Source: Alphaproteobacteria bacterium (GTDB lineage: Bacteria; Pseudomonadota; Alphaproteobacteria; MPNO01). From it: a stretch of 64,000 nt of DNA. Position numbers and translations under genes: made by a program. The notes under the pieces are model-generated. The model was not told the origin of the DNA, did not search any database, and saw only the letters and a program-made list of their open reading frames with translations. Shown piece after piece: positions 1 through 9,413 of the stretch. Each line of letters begins with the position of its first letter. Position 1 is the first letter of the stretch. The stretch spans positions 64,001-128,000 of the forward strand of contig CBDFLJ010000002.1 in the NCBI GenBank assembly GCA_965248835.1, written 5' to 3'.

Positions 1-2
1 TC

Positions 3-1928
3 ATCGGGGTCGACGACGCCCTGGCGCCCGGCGCCCCGGCGATCTGGCAGGACAACCCGGGCAACGAAGCCTACACCTACGAGGTCGGCGACGCGGCGGC
101 GGCCGATGCTGCGATCGCGGGCGCGGCCCACGTCATCCGCCACCGGGTGTGCGTCAATCGGGTGACCGCCAACGCGCTTGAGACCCGCGGCTGCATCGGG
201 CTCTACGACCCGGACGAAGACCGCTACACCCTGCGCGCCTCGGTCCAGTCGGTCCATGGCATCCGGGCTTCGATCGCCGGCCAGATCTTCGGCATTCCAC
301 AGCACGCGCTCCGAGTGGTTTGCGACAACATGGGCGGCGGGTTCGGCACCAAGGGCGGCTGTTATCCTGAATACAGCCTGTCGCTGTGGGCCTCGGAGGT
401 CGTCGGCCGACCGGTCAAGTGGATCGCCGAGCGGTCCGAGAGCCTGCTGTCGGACGAGCACGCGCGCGGCGGGCTGGTCGATGCAGAGCTCGCGCTGGAT
501 GAGAACCACCGGTTCGTTGCGCTGCGCACCCACACCAAGGTCCCGATCGGGGCGTATTTCACCACCGACCGCAACATCCGCTCGGCGACCAGCGGGCTCG
601 GCGGGCTCGCCGGCGTCTATGGCTTCAAGGCGATCCACGCCAAGGTGACCGGTGCCTTGACCAACATCATGACCAATGCCCAATACCGCGGCGGCGCCAA
701 GCCCGAGCCGGCCTATGTCACCGAGGTGATGGTCGATGAGGCCGCGCGCCGGCTGGGAGTCGATGCCGCGGCCCTGCGCCGTGCCAATACCCTGGCCGCT
801 GATGCCCTGCCCTACCGGACCTGCCTGGGCGATATCTACGACTGCGGCGACTTCCAGGGCAATTTCGAGGCTTGCCTGTCGGCCGCCGACCACGCCGGTT
901 CCGCCACGCGCCGCGATGCGGCGCTGCGGCGCGGCAAGCTGATCGGGATCGGCACCTCGAACACGGTCACCGCGGTCGCCAGCACCAATTTCGAGCATGC
1001 CGAAATCCGGTTCGATAGCGCCGGCGGGATCACGCTCTTGTGCGGTGCGATGGACCATGGCCAGGGTCACGGCACCACCTTCAAGCAGGTGCTGGCCGAC
1101 AGGCTCGGCATCGATGCGGCGGGCATCCGCTACAAGTACGGCGACACCGATGCGGTGGCGGCCGGGGTGGGCACGTTCAACGCACGCTGCGCCGTCTTCG
1201 CCGGCTCGGCGGTCGCCATCGCCGCCGACAAGATCATCGCCAAGGGCAAGCGGATCGCCGCCCACCTGCTGGAAGCCGCCGAGGATGATATCGCCTATGC
1301 CGACGGCCGTTTCACCGTTGCCGGCACCGACCGTTCGATCGCCCTTGCCGAGGTCGCCGCGACCGCGTTTCAGAAGCCCAAGCTGCCGCCCGATGTCGAG
1401 CCCGGCCTTTATGAGCACGGCGAGTTCGGAATGGGGCAGGGCGATGCGCCGACCTATCCCAACGGCTGCCACCTGGCCGAAGTCGAGATCGACGCCGATA
1501 CCGGAAAGGTCGCGCTGGTCCGCTACTGTGCGGTCGATGATGCGGGCAACATCCTGAACCCGATCCTGTTCGACGGCCAGGTCCATGGCGGCATCGTCCA
1601 GGGGGCGGGCCAGGCGCTGATGGAGGATCTACATTACGATCCGGCCAGCGGACAATTGCTCACCGGTTCGTTCATGGACTATTCCATGCCGCGCGCCGAT
1701 GATTTCTGCGGCTTCGAGATTTCCGCCAACGTGGTGCCCACCAGCCGCAACCCGCTCGGGGTCAAGGGGGTCGGCGAATCGGGCACGGTGGGCGCCTTGC
1801 CCGCGGTGATGAACGCGGTCAATGACGCACTTCACCGCTTCGGCGCGCCGACGATCGAGATGCCGGCCACACCGGAGAAGGTCTGGCAGGCGATCGTCGC
1901 GGCCGGGGGCGGCGGCCCCGGGCACTGA
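3..1928 (+). CDS. Xanthine dehydrogenase/CoxL-like molybdopterin-binding large subunit (5' end outside window)
   Basis: Frame is open from position 3. Motifs GGGFGTKG, YRGGAKPE, DHGQGH, GQVHGGIVQG and KGVGESG are typical of Mo-hydroxylase large subunits. Confidence 0.92.
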   Translation: MGVDDALAPGAPAIWQDNPGNEAYTYEVGDAAAADAAIAGAAHVIRHRVCVNRVTANALETRGCIGLYDPDEDRYTLRASVQSVHGIRASIAGQIFGIPQHALRVVCDNMGGGFGTKGGCYPEYSLSLWASEVVGRPVKWIAERSESLLSDEHARGGLVDAELALDENHRFVALRTHTKVPIGAYFTTDRNIRSATSGLGGLAGVYGFKAIHAKVTGALTNIMTNAQYRGGAKPEPAYVTEVMVDEAARRLGVDAAALRRANTLAADALPYRTCLGDIYDCGDFQGNFEACLSAADHAGSATRRDAALRRGKLIGIGTSNTVTAVASTNFEHAEIRFDSAGGITLLCGAMDHGQGHGTTFKQVLADRLGIDAAGIRYKYGDTDAVAAGVGTFNARCAVFAGSAVAIAADKIIAKGKRIAAHLLEAAEDDIAYADGRFTVAGTDRSIALAEVAATAFQKPKLPPDVEPGLYEHGEFGMGQGDAPTYPNGCHLAEVEIDADTGKVALVRYCAVDDAGNILNPILFDGQVHGGIVQGAGQALMEDLHYDPASGQLLTGSFMDYSMPRADDFCGFEISANVVPTSRNPLGVKGVGESGTVGALPAVMNAVNDALHRFGAPTIEMPATPEKVWQAIVAAGGGGPGH

Positions 1929-1944
1929 ACCGGCGCGGTCGCGC

Positions 1945-2898
1945 CTATGGCGCGGCGGTCCGGCGCCGCGAAAAGGTGCTGTAGTAAATGCCGATGCCGA
2001 TCACGCAGATGCCGACGATGTGATAGAGATGCAGAGTCTCGTCGAGCAGCGCGATCCCCATCACCACGCCATAGGCCGGGATGAGGTGCATATACGGCCC
2101 GGCGCGCCCGGGACCGATGAGCTTCACCGCGCGGTTCCACAAAAAGACCGCGGCGACCGAGTTGGTCAGCGCGAGCGCGAGGATGCTGAGCACGCTCACC
2201 CACCCCAGGGTCGTCGGCTTGAAGGCGAAATGCTCCACCAGATACAGCGGCAGACCGAACAGGCTTCCGAATCCGAGCAGAGCGACGACCATCACGCGCG
2301 GGTCGAGCTCGGCCGGCGCCAGTCTCAGCAGCACAGCGTAGAACGACCAGCACAAATAGGACCACAGGGCCAGCAGATCGCCGATATTGAGCTCGAGCGC
2401 GGCGAGACTGGCGAGGCTGCCCGACGAGATCAGGAACAGGACGCCGAACAGCGACAGGGCAATGCCGAATGCCTGGCGGCGGGTCACCGGATCGCGGAAG
2501 ATCAGCCAGGCCACGGCGAGAATGAGGATCGGCTCGGTCGAATTGAGCACGACGACGTTGATGACGAAGGTGAATTGAAGCGACAGAAACAGCATCGCGT
2601 TGCCGCCGATGACCAGGAGGAACGCCAGCAGAGCCAGTAGCGGCCAATGGCGCAGCACCAGGCGGGCCTGCATGCGGACCGGGCGCATGAATAGCGGCAG
2701 GATAATGAGAAAGCCGAGCAGGGTTCGCCAGAACGACAGCCCCATCGGCGGGACGTCCTCGCGCACGCCGCGGACGATGATGGCGGCAAGCGCGAAGAAG
2801 AATGCCGCCGCCGCCGCCGCAAACTGGGGCGACAGGACGATGCGCCGGCCGAGTTGAGCCGCGGCGTGCGACGGATACGGTTTCCCGCGCGCCTCCAT
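1945..2898 (-). CDS. DMT/EamA family transporter
   Basis: About 10 hydrophobic helices in two repeats; LNIGDLL and LLDETL..Y...G motifs. Confidence 0.88.
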   Translation of the reverse strand: MEARGKPYPSHAAAQLGRRIVLSPQFAAAAAAFFFALAAIIVRGVREDVPPMGLSFWRTLLGFLIILPLFMRPVRMQARLVLRHWPLLALLAFLLVIGGNAMLFLSLQFTFVINVVVLNSTEPILILAVAWLIFRDPVTRRQAFGIALSLFGVLFLISSGSLASLAALELNIGDLLALWSYLCWSFYAVLLRLAPAELDPRVMVVALLGFGSLFGLPLYLVEHFAFKPTTLGWVSVLSILALALTNSVAAVFLWNRAVKLIGPGRAGPYMHLIPAYGVVMGIALLDETLHLYHIVGICVIGIGIYYSTFSRRRTAAP

Positions 2899-3044
2899 TT
2901 TTTGCGGCTCCCGATATTGCCCCGCAAGACCTTGGTAGTGGACCGGCCGGCCGCGGTCCAGTTTTCCGATCTGCCCGGGCGGGCGCTTACAGGCCGGACC
3001 GCATCGGCTAGAATGGCCTGTCGATCGCGCCGAGGGAGGTTGCC

Positions 3045-3836
3045 ATGCTCGTCGAACAGATTTGGACCGAGAACGATTATCGGAATTTCAATTACCTGAT
3101 CGCCTGTCCCGATACCGGCGAAGCGCTGGCCATCGACCCGCTCGCGTACCAACGGGTCCTGGCGGCCGCCAAAGACAAGGGATGGCAGGTCACGCAGATC
3201 CTCAATACCCATCATCATCACGACCACACCGGCGGCAACCAGGGCATGGTCGAGGCCACAGGCGCCAAGATCCTCGCCCACAGGAACGCCAAGGACCAGA
3301 TCCCGGACATGGATGTCGGACTCGACGCCGGCGACGTGGTCAAGGTCGGCAGGACCGTCGAGCTCGAAGCGATGGACACGCCGGGCCACACGATGAGCCA
3401 TATCTGTCTGCGCTCGCGCACCGATACGCCGGCCATATTCTGTGGCGACACCCTGTTCAACGCCGGCGCCGGTCATTGCAAGGGCGGCGGCCATCCCGAT
3501 TCGCTCTATGCCACCTTCGCCGGCCAACTCTCGAAGCTGCCCGATGAGACCCTCATCTACCCCGGACACGATTACATCGTGAACAATCTGAACTTCACCC
3601 TCGACCGGGAACCGGACAACCAGCGCGCCAAGGACCTTAAGGCGGAGATCCAGGGCCAGGACATCCACGACGCCCTGGTGACCACGTTGGGCCTCGAAAA
3701 GGAGATCAACACCTTCTTCCGCCTCCAGAGTCCCTCGGTGATCGCCAAGCTGCGCGAAGCCTTTGACGACCTGCCCGAACAGTTGGACGACAGGACGGTC
3801 TTCCTGAAGCTGCGCGAGCTGCGCAACGTCTGGTAG
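3045..3836 (+). CDS. gloB: Hydroxyacylglutathione hydrolase (glyoxalase II, MBL fold)
   Basis: THHHHDHTGG, TPGHT, GDTLF and YPGHDY motifs; C-terminus LRELRNVW; RBS GGGAGG upstream. Confidence 0.88.
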   Translation: MLVEQIWTENDYRNFNYLIACPDTGEALAIDPLAYQRVLAAAKDKGWQVTQILNTHHHHDHTGGNQGMVEATGAKILAHRNAKDQIPDMDVGLDAGDVVKVGRTVELEAMDTPGHTMSHICLRSRTDTPAIFCGDTLFNAGAGHCKGGGHPDSLYATFAGQLSKLPDETLIYPGHDYIVNNLNFTLDREPDNQRAKDLKAEIQGQDIHDALVTTLGLEKEINTFFRLQSPSVIAKLREAFDDLPEQLDDRTVFLKLRELRNVW

Positions 3837-3888
3837 GCGGGCGCTTCCGTAACCGGTCCGCGGCGGCCGCAAAAGGCGGGGAGCCCCG

Positions 3889-5136
3889 ATGGAGAACGAT
3901 CAAGCGCTCGTCGACTGGCCCGAGGACGGCGTCACCCGGGCGCCCTATGTCGTGTTTTCCGATCCGGCGGTCTACGAGGCCGAGATGGCCCGGATCTTTC
4001 GCGGCCGCGTCTGGCATTATCTCGGCCTGGAGGTCGAGATCTCGAACCGCGGCGACTACCGGCTGATCGAGGTCGGCGAGACGCCGGTCATCGTTCTGCG
4101 CAACCAGGCCGGCGGGATCACCGCCCTGGTCAACCGCTGCGCGCACAAGGGAACGATGCTGCTCTACGAGCCCTTCGGCACCGTCAACGCGTTGATGTGC
4201 ATCTACCACAACTGGACTTACGACCTCGACGGCGCGCTGCAGTCGATCCCGTTCGACAAGGGGATCGGCGGCAGGGGCGGCATGCCCGAGAGCTTCTGCA
4301 AGGCCAATCACGGGCTCGACCGGCTGCGGGTCGAGACCATCAACGGCCTGATCTTCGGCACCTTCAGCGATGAGGTCGAGACTCTGGCCGACTATCTGGG
4401 TCCGCAGGTCGTCGACAGCATCGGCCGTATCGCGGGCCGGGAATTCCGCGTGCTGGGCTATTACAGCCAGTTTCTGTCGTCGAACTGGAAGCTTTACTGC
4501 GAGAACGCCACCGATCCCTATCACGCGACGATCCTCCACGCCTGGGCGACCAAGCTGAACCTCAACCGGTTCACCATGGAAGGCGCGATCGAGATGGGGC
4601 ACGGCGGCTGGCACCAGTTGAGCTGGTCCAAGATGGCCACCGACAAGGGCGGCGAAGTCTACGACACGCCGGCCTTCCGGTCCGGGTCCGACCCGTTTGA
4701 CGCGTTCGGCCTGCACGACGCCTCGGTGATCGAGCAATGGGACGACTACGGCGACGGGGCGACGACCTATATCCAGACCGTCTTTCCCAACTTCGTCCTC
4801 CAGCAGATCCACAACACGCTGGCCACGCGCTACATCGTGCCGCGCGGACCCGAGGCCTCGGAGCTGTTCTGGACGATCCTGGGCTACGCCGATGACGACG
4901 AGGAGAAGACGCGCATCCGCCTCAAGCAGGGCAATCTCATCGGGCCGTCGGGCTACATTTCCCTGGAAGATGGAATGGTCGGCGGTCTGGTGCAGCGCGG
5001 CATCACCGGTTCCGGCGACAAGGCCTCGGTGATGGAGATGGGCGGGCGGTCGATCGAGACCATCCGCAACTCGCGCGCCTCCGAATGCGGCGTGCGCGGG
5101 CTGTGGACCGCCTATCGAACGCTGATGGCGCTATAG
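3889..5136 (+). CDS. Rieske aromatic ring-hydroxylating oxygenase alpha subunit (salicylate/anthranilate-type group)
   Basis: Rieske ligands CAHKG and CIYHNW; mononuclear iron site NWK...EN..DPYHATILH; GPSGYISLED. Confidence 0.9.
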   Translation: MENDQALVDWPEDGVTRAPYVVFSDPAVYEAEMARIFRGRVWHYLGLEVEISNRGDYRLIEVGETPVIVLRNQAGGITALVNRCAHKGTMLLYEPFGTVNALMCIYHNWTYDLDGALQSIPFDKGIGGRGGMPESFCKANHGLDRLRVETINGLIFGTFSDEVETLADYLGPQVVDSIGRIAGREFRVLGYYSQFLSSNWKLYCENATDPYHATILHAWATKLNLNRFTMEGAIEMGHGGWHQLSWSKMATDKGGEVYDTPAFRSGSDPFDAFGLHDASVIEQWDDYGDGATTYIQTVFPNFVLQQIHNTLATRYIVPRGPEASELFWTILGYADDDEEKTRIRLKQGNLIGPSGYISLEDGMVGGLVQRGITGSGDKASVMEMGGRSIETIRNSRASECGVRGLWTAYRTLMAL

Positions 5137-5151
5137 CCAGGCATTGCGCGG

Positions 5152-6567
5152 CTATAGCACCGCCGCGGCTTGCGCCTCGATGGCGGTGCCCTTGAAGAAA
5201 TCCGGGTTGGCCTCGGCGTGGAGCCTGACGACGTTGTCGAACGTGAAGGCGCGGAAGTCGGCCTCGCTCAACGTCTCGTCCTCCAGGAACTCGTAAGCCT
5301 CGGGCAGCACCCTGGCGGCATCGACGACATCCCAATGGCCGATGTCGGAGCTGTAGAAGGCGTGCAGCCTGTCGCCCCGGTTGATCGCCGGGTCGAAGCC
5401 CACCGGCACCATCGCGTCGTCGGCCTCGCAGCCGAAGAAGAAATGGGGGACGAACAGGTCGCGGATGTCGTCGGCGGTCTCGATCCCGCAGGCGGCGAAC
5501 TCGTCGAGCTCGGCCTCGCTCATCTCCAGGTCGTTGGCGCGGAACGGCGTCCCGGTGCGGATGCGCTCGGCCGTGAGGTGGCCGTTGCCGTATCTCTCGA
5601 ACATCCGCTCGGCCAGGTCCTGGTCGAACTTGCGCGGATCGAGATTGGCCAGGAGCGCCGCCAGATTGCGCTTCTCCCAATGCCCGACGAGGTCGTTGTA
5701 GAGCGCGCTGCCCCAGCCGACGCCCCCTTCCAGCAGTCCGAACTTGAGTTCGGGGAAGCGCCTGGTGACGCCGCCCATGAAAAGTGACCGGGTGAAGAAC
5801 TCCGCGCCCGAGGCAAAGGCGCCCAGATGGTTGAAGACGAAGTTGCTCTCGGAGCGTCGTGTCGAGCCGCCCCCCATGGTCTTGGTGTGGCAGGTGGGCG
5901 AGACCTTGAGCTCGACGCAGCGCCGCCAGAACGGGTCGAAGTCGTGTGGCGCATCAAGCGCCAGCGACCACACCCGTTCGGTGTGATGGGCAAGGGACGG
6001 CGCGCCGGCGGCCACTTCGGGGACCGCGTCGCGGATCTCGGTCCCCAGCATGACCACCTTGAGGCCGAGCGTGAGAACCGCGTGTTCGAGTTCGACGATC
6101 GCCTCTTCCGGCGTGCGGCAGGGGATGACCGCGGCCGGTGTCATGCGCTCGGCGTAGGGCGCGTAGAACGCCGCGCTCATCTCGTTATGGGCCCGGCATG
6201 CCGCCTGGCGCAGCTCCGCGTCACGAAAGTACGGCGCGATCAGACCCAGGCTCGGAAAGAGGATCGCGAAGTCGTGGCCGAACTCCGGCAGTCGCTCGTG
6301 ATAAAGCCCGGGCAGCATCGCGGTCACGGTATCGATCGAATGCTCGGCCGAGGGCCGGGTCCACCAGACATCGCGGTAGGTCTTGCTCTGCGGACCCCAC
6401 ATCGCGGCGCGGTAGGCCTCGACCACGCCGGGCCCGCCGGCCTGCTTGAGGAAGTCGAGCAGGGCCGGCACGAATTCCAGGATATGTCCGTCGGCATCGA
6501 TCACCGGGTGATCGAGACGTGCGCGGACCTGCGCCCCGGTCAGCTCTTGCGCGTGGGTGCCGTCCAT
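5152..6567 (-). CDS. Amidohydrolase_2 family protein
   Basis: IDADGH N-terminal metal motif; LEGGVGW; GCEADD; SSDIGHWD. Confidence 0.87.
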   Translation of the reverse strand: MDGTHAQELTGAQVRARLDHPVIDADGHILEFVPALLDFLKQAGGPGVVEAYRAAMWGPQSKTYRDVWWTRPSAEHSIDTVTAMLPGLYHERLPEFGHDFAILFPSLGLIAPYFRDAELRQAACRAHNEMSAAFYAPYAERMTPAAVIPCRTPEEAIVELEHAVLTLGLKVVMLGTEIRDAVPEVAAGAPSLAHHTERVWSLALDAPHDFDPFWRRCVELKVSPTCHTKTMGGGSTRRSESNFVFNHLGAFASGAEFFTRSLFMGGVTRRFPELKFGLLEGGVGWGSALYNDLVGHWEKRNLAALLANLDPRKFDQDLAERMFERYGNGHLTAERIRTGTPFRANDLEMSEAELDEFAACGIETADDIRDLFVPHFFFGCEADDAMVPVGFDPAINRGDRLHAFYSSDIGHWDVVDAARVLPEAYEFLEDETLSEADFRAFTFDNVVRLHAEANPDFFKGTAIEAQAAAVL

Positions 6568-6698
6568 ATCCGTTGCCTCACGATCGGTGTCCGGGTCGGC
6601 CGATTATCGCCGTTCTGACGGCCCGGTCCATCGTCATCGGGACGCGGTCCGGCGCCTGGCCGGCGCGGCGGGTCGCGCTCCGCGGCCGCGCCGGTGTC

Positions 6699-7643
6699 TC
6701 AGATCGCGGTCATCGCCGGCGTAGCGCGCAGCCCGGACCGCTCGACCGTAAGCGGGATCGCGCCCGGCCCGATCGGCGCCATGAGATGCACGCCGGCGAC
6801 CCCTCGGGTCTGTTCGAGTTGCTGCATCAACTCGGCGCAGATCTCGATGCCCTCGGCCTGTTGATCGGCCGCCTGCTCCAGGCGCGCTATGATCTCGTCG
6901 GGGACCGCCACCCCCCAGAGGTTGTCGCGCATCCAGCAGGCCGAGCGGGCCGAGGCGAGCGGGCCGAGGCCAATGAGCAGGAAGACGCGGTCGGTCAGCC
7001 CGACTTCTTCCAGGCGCGCGACATAACGGCGCACGATGCCGATATCGAAGCAGAGCTGGGTCTGCACGAACTGGGCGCCGGCCTCGATCTTGCGCAGCAG
7101 CCCGGTGGGGCGCCAGTCGGGCGCCGGGTCGACCGGCGTTTCGGCGGCGCCGATGAACAGCCGGGCCGGCGAGACGATGGCCCGGCCGGAGGCCAGTGCC
7201 TGCCCGTCGCGCATCTTGGCGGCCAGGTAGATCAGATCCCTGCTCTCGATGTCAAAGACCGCCTTGGGGGTCGGAAGCTCGCGCGGGTCCGGGTCGTCGC
7301 CGCGCAGGATCAGCACGTTGCGCACGCCCAGCGCCGAGGCGCCCAGCAGGTCGCCCTGCAAGGCGACCCGGTTGCGGTCCCGGCAGGTGAGCTGCAGGAT
7401 CGTCTCGAAGCCCCGGCCGGCGAGGATCGCCGCCCCGGCAAGTCCCGACAGGTGCACCATCGCGCGCGGCCCGTCGGTGAGGTTGAGCGCATCGACCGCC
7501 CCGCGCAGCGGTTCGGCCAGCGCGATCAACTCGTCCGGCGCGCCGGAGACCGGTGGGGTGATCTCGGCGGTGATGGCGAACGTGCCGTCCAGCAATGTCC
7601 TGGCGAGGCGCGAGTCGATCGCGGTTGTCGGATTGGTCTTCAT
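6699..7643 (-). CDS. metF: Methylenetetrahydrofolate reductase
   Basis: TAEITPP, LTCRDRNRVALQGDLLGA, LRGDDP, KIEAGAQFVQTQ and GVHLM motifs. Start ATG 7643 lies just downstream of the upstream gene's stop. Confidence 0.9.
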   Translation of the reverse strand: MKTNPTTAIDSRLARTLLDGTFAITAEITPPVSGAPDELIALAEPLRGAVDALNLTDGPRAMVHLSGLAGAAILAGRGFETILQLTCRDRNRVALQGDLLGASALGVRNVLILRGDDPDPRELPTPKAVFDIESRDLIYLAAKMRDGQALASGRAIVSPARLFIGAAETPVDPAPDWRPTGLLRKIEAGAQFVQTQLCFDIGIVRRYVARLEEVGLTDRVFLLIGLGPLASARSACWMRDNLWGVAVPDEIIARLEQAADQQAEGIEICAELMQQLEQTRGVAGVHLMAPIGPGAIPLTVERSGLRATPAMTAI

Positions 7644-7647
7644 CCCG

Positions 7648-9048
7648 TCATGCCCGCTTTCTCGAGACCACAAAGGATTCGTCGTAGAACCATAACCCGC
7701 CGTGCCGATTCAGCGTCTCCCGGGTCGCGTCGAGATAGCGGCCGTCGGTAATGACGTCCTCCAGCCGCTCGTCCTCGATCTGGGCGACGTAGATCGCCGC
7801 GTTCCAGGCCGCGAACAGCGTCGAGGTCCCGATGCTGCGCCCGCCCAACTCGCTTGGCAGAGTGTGCATGTCGTAGCGGAAAATCGATCGCTTGTCGGCA
7901 TAGGCGTTGCAGTTGAGATCCCTGCCCGCGCGCCCGAGCTCTTCCTTGAGCGCCTTCATCAGATCGTGGCGGTTGGTGCGGAAGGGGTCCTCGCCCGGCC
8001 AGACCCTTCGGATGATCTCCATCCCCGGGTCGCCGCCGCAGGAGTGGATCCCCAACAGCCGTCCGCCGGGGGCGAGACTCCTGGCAAGCGGCGCCACGAT
8101 CTTCCTCGCCTTGAACGCGACCGGCATGCGCGCACGGTAGGGTTGGGAGGCGATGACCAAATCGTAGTCGGCGCCCGCCTGTCCAGGTCGCGGGATGACC
8201 CGATCGAGCAGGAACTTGTGATCCTCGCGGTAGATCACCAGCACCGAGGGTCTGACATAGAGCGGGTTGCCGGTCTTGGCGCTGGGCTTGACCTGCCAGG
8301 TCTCGCCGAGCGCGGGCTGCAGCGCGGTAATCTGTTCGTGGAACTCGTGGGCGGAATCGCCGGCCAGCGGAACCTCGATCCAGTTGAGTGCGGCCGCGGT
8401 CTCCATCGAGCGCGGCATCAGCCGGGGCGCCTCGGTGTAGTATAGGTTGGTGATCACCAGGACGGTCGCCGGGTGCTCGTGGAACCGGTCGGGCATCTTC
8501 TCCAGGCCAAGGCGGACATCCTCCAGGCTGATCTCCTTGCCGACGATATAGAACGGCAAGGTGCGGAACCGCCGGTGCATCCGGCGCATCACCCCGGTGA
8601 GCACCGTGCCGTCGCCCATCCCGGCGTCGAAGATCCTCACGGCCGGCGGCTGGGGGTGGACATGGGCGAGCTCCATGCCGGCCCTTTCGGCGACCACCCG
8701 CTTTTCGCTGCAGGTGTTGACGAACATCAGGTACTTCTGCCGGTTGTCATAGAACCGGAAAGCGGTGCGGCTGTCCGCGCCGGCCGCGCCCGCGGTTGGC
8801 GGCGCTTCGACCCGCTCCCCGGCCCGCTCAGGGCCGCCGCCCTGGGGGGCGCTCGGGCCGCTCGACGCGCCGTCGGACAGGAAGCGGCGGACGCGCGCCA
8901 CGGTCGCGGTCGTCACCCCCTTGCCCTGGCGCAGCCGGCCGACGAACTTGCCGTCATTGACCACCCGGCGGCCGAACGTGGTCTCCGCCATGCCGGCACC
9001 GCGGCAGAAGTTCTCGATCTCGAGGATCAGGTCTCGATGTGTGTCCAT
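7648..9048 (-). CDS. Fusion protein: N-terminal Cro-like HTH, linker, class I SAM-methyltransferase-fold domain (putative regulator)
   Basis: First ~58 aa (IENFCRGAGMAETTFGRRVVNDGKFVGRLRQGK) resemble alphaproteobacterial Cro-like HTH proteins. A Gly/Pro/Ala linker is followed by IFDAGMGDG (SAM motif I), VGKEIS, YDLVIASQPY and LAPGGRLL. Confidence 0.75.
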   Translation of the reverse strand: MDTHRDLILEIENFCRGAGMAETTFGRRVVNDGKFVGRLRQGKGVTTATVARVRRFLSDGASSGPSAPQGGGPERAGERVEAPPTAGAAGADSRTAFRFYDNRQKYLMFVNTCSEKRVVAERAGMELAHVHPQPPAVRIFDAGMGDGTVLTGVMRRMHRRFRTLPFYIVGKEISLEDVRLGLEKMPDRFHEHPATVLVITNLYYTEAPRLMPRSMETAAALNWIEVPLAGDSAHEFHEQITALQPALGETWQVKPSAKTGNPLYVRPSVLVIYREDHKFLLDRVIPRPGQAGADYDLVIASQPYRARMPVAFKARKIVAPLARSLAPGGRLLGIHSCGGDPGMEIIRRVWPGEDPFRTNRHDLMKALKEELGRAGRDLNCNAYADKRSIFRYDMHTLPSELGGRSIGTSTLFAAWNAAIYVAQIEDERLEDVITDGRYLDATRETLNRHGGLWFYDESFVVSRKRA

Positions 9049-9081
9049 TCGGCGATCCCGCCTCGGATCCGACGCCTCCCA

Positions 9082-9184
9082 TCATGATATATCCAAATTT
9101 CTATAAATTTCAATATTGGGATATATCCCAAGAAGCAATATTTTTCAACTCGATAAAATGTATCATATATGGGATATGTCCCAA
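9082..9184. promoter_or_regulatory. AT-rich divergent promoter region with three related palindromic operators (consensus TTGGGATATATCCCAA)
   Basis: Perfect 16-bp palindrome at 9116-9131, near-perfect ATGGGATATGTCCCAA at 9169-9184 and a weaker TCATGATATATCCAAA at 9082-9097. Confidence 0.75.
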
Positions 9185-9413
9185 TTACCGTGCGTATGGC
9201 GACCGATTTCGCGGCGTCGACGCGGACAGGCGGACACAGGTGGGCACAGGCGGACACATACGGCTGCGGTGCGCGCCGACATGCGCACCATCGCCCGCGG
9301 CCCATCGGCGAGACCGAGCGCACCGATGGGCCGCGCGGTGACCGAGTTGCCAAGCGGGGTGGTGCCGACAATAGTACGGCGTGGACCCTGGAGGGGGACT
9401 GACGGAGACGGCG

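Noticed and set aside
9222-9260. CRISPR-like array
   Set aside because: Only 3-4 imperfect 10-bp tandem units with no spacers and no cas genes; no CRISPR array was seen anywhere in the window.
9190-9410. Cobalamin or SAM riboswitch in the MetE-like leader
   Set aside because: I could not find the B12-box or SAM-II/SAM-SAH consensus by eye; an Rfam scan would settle it.
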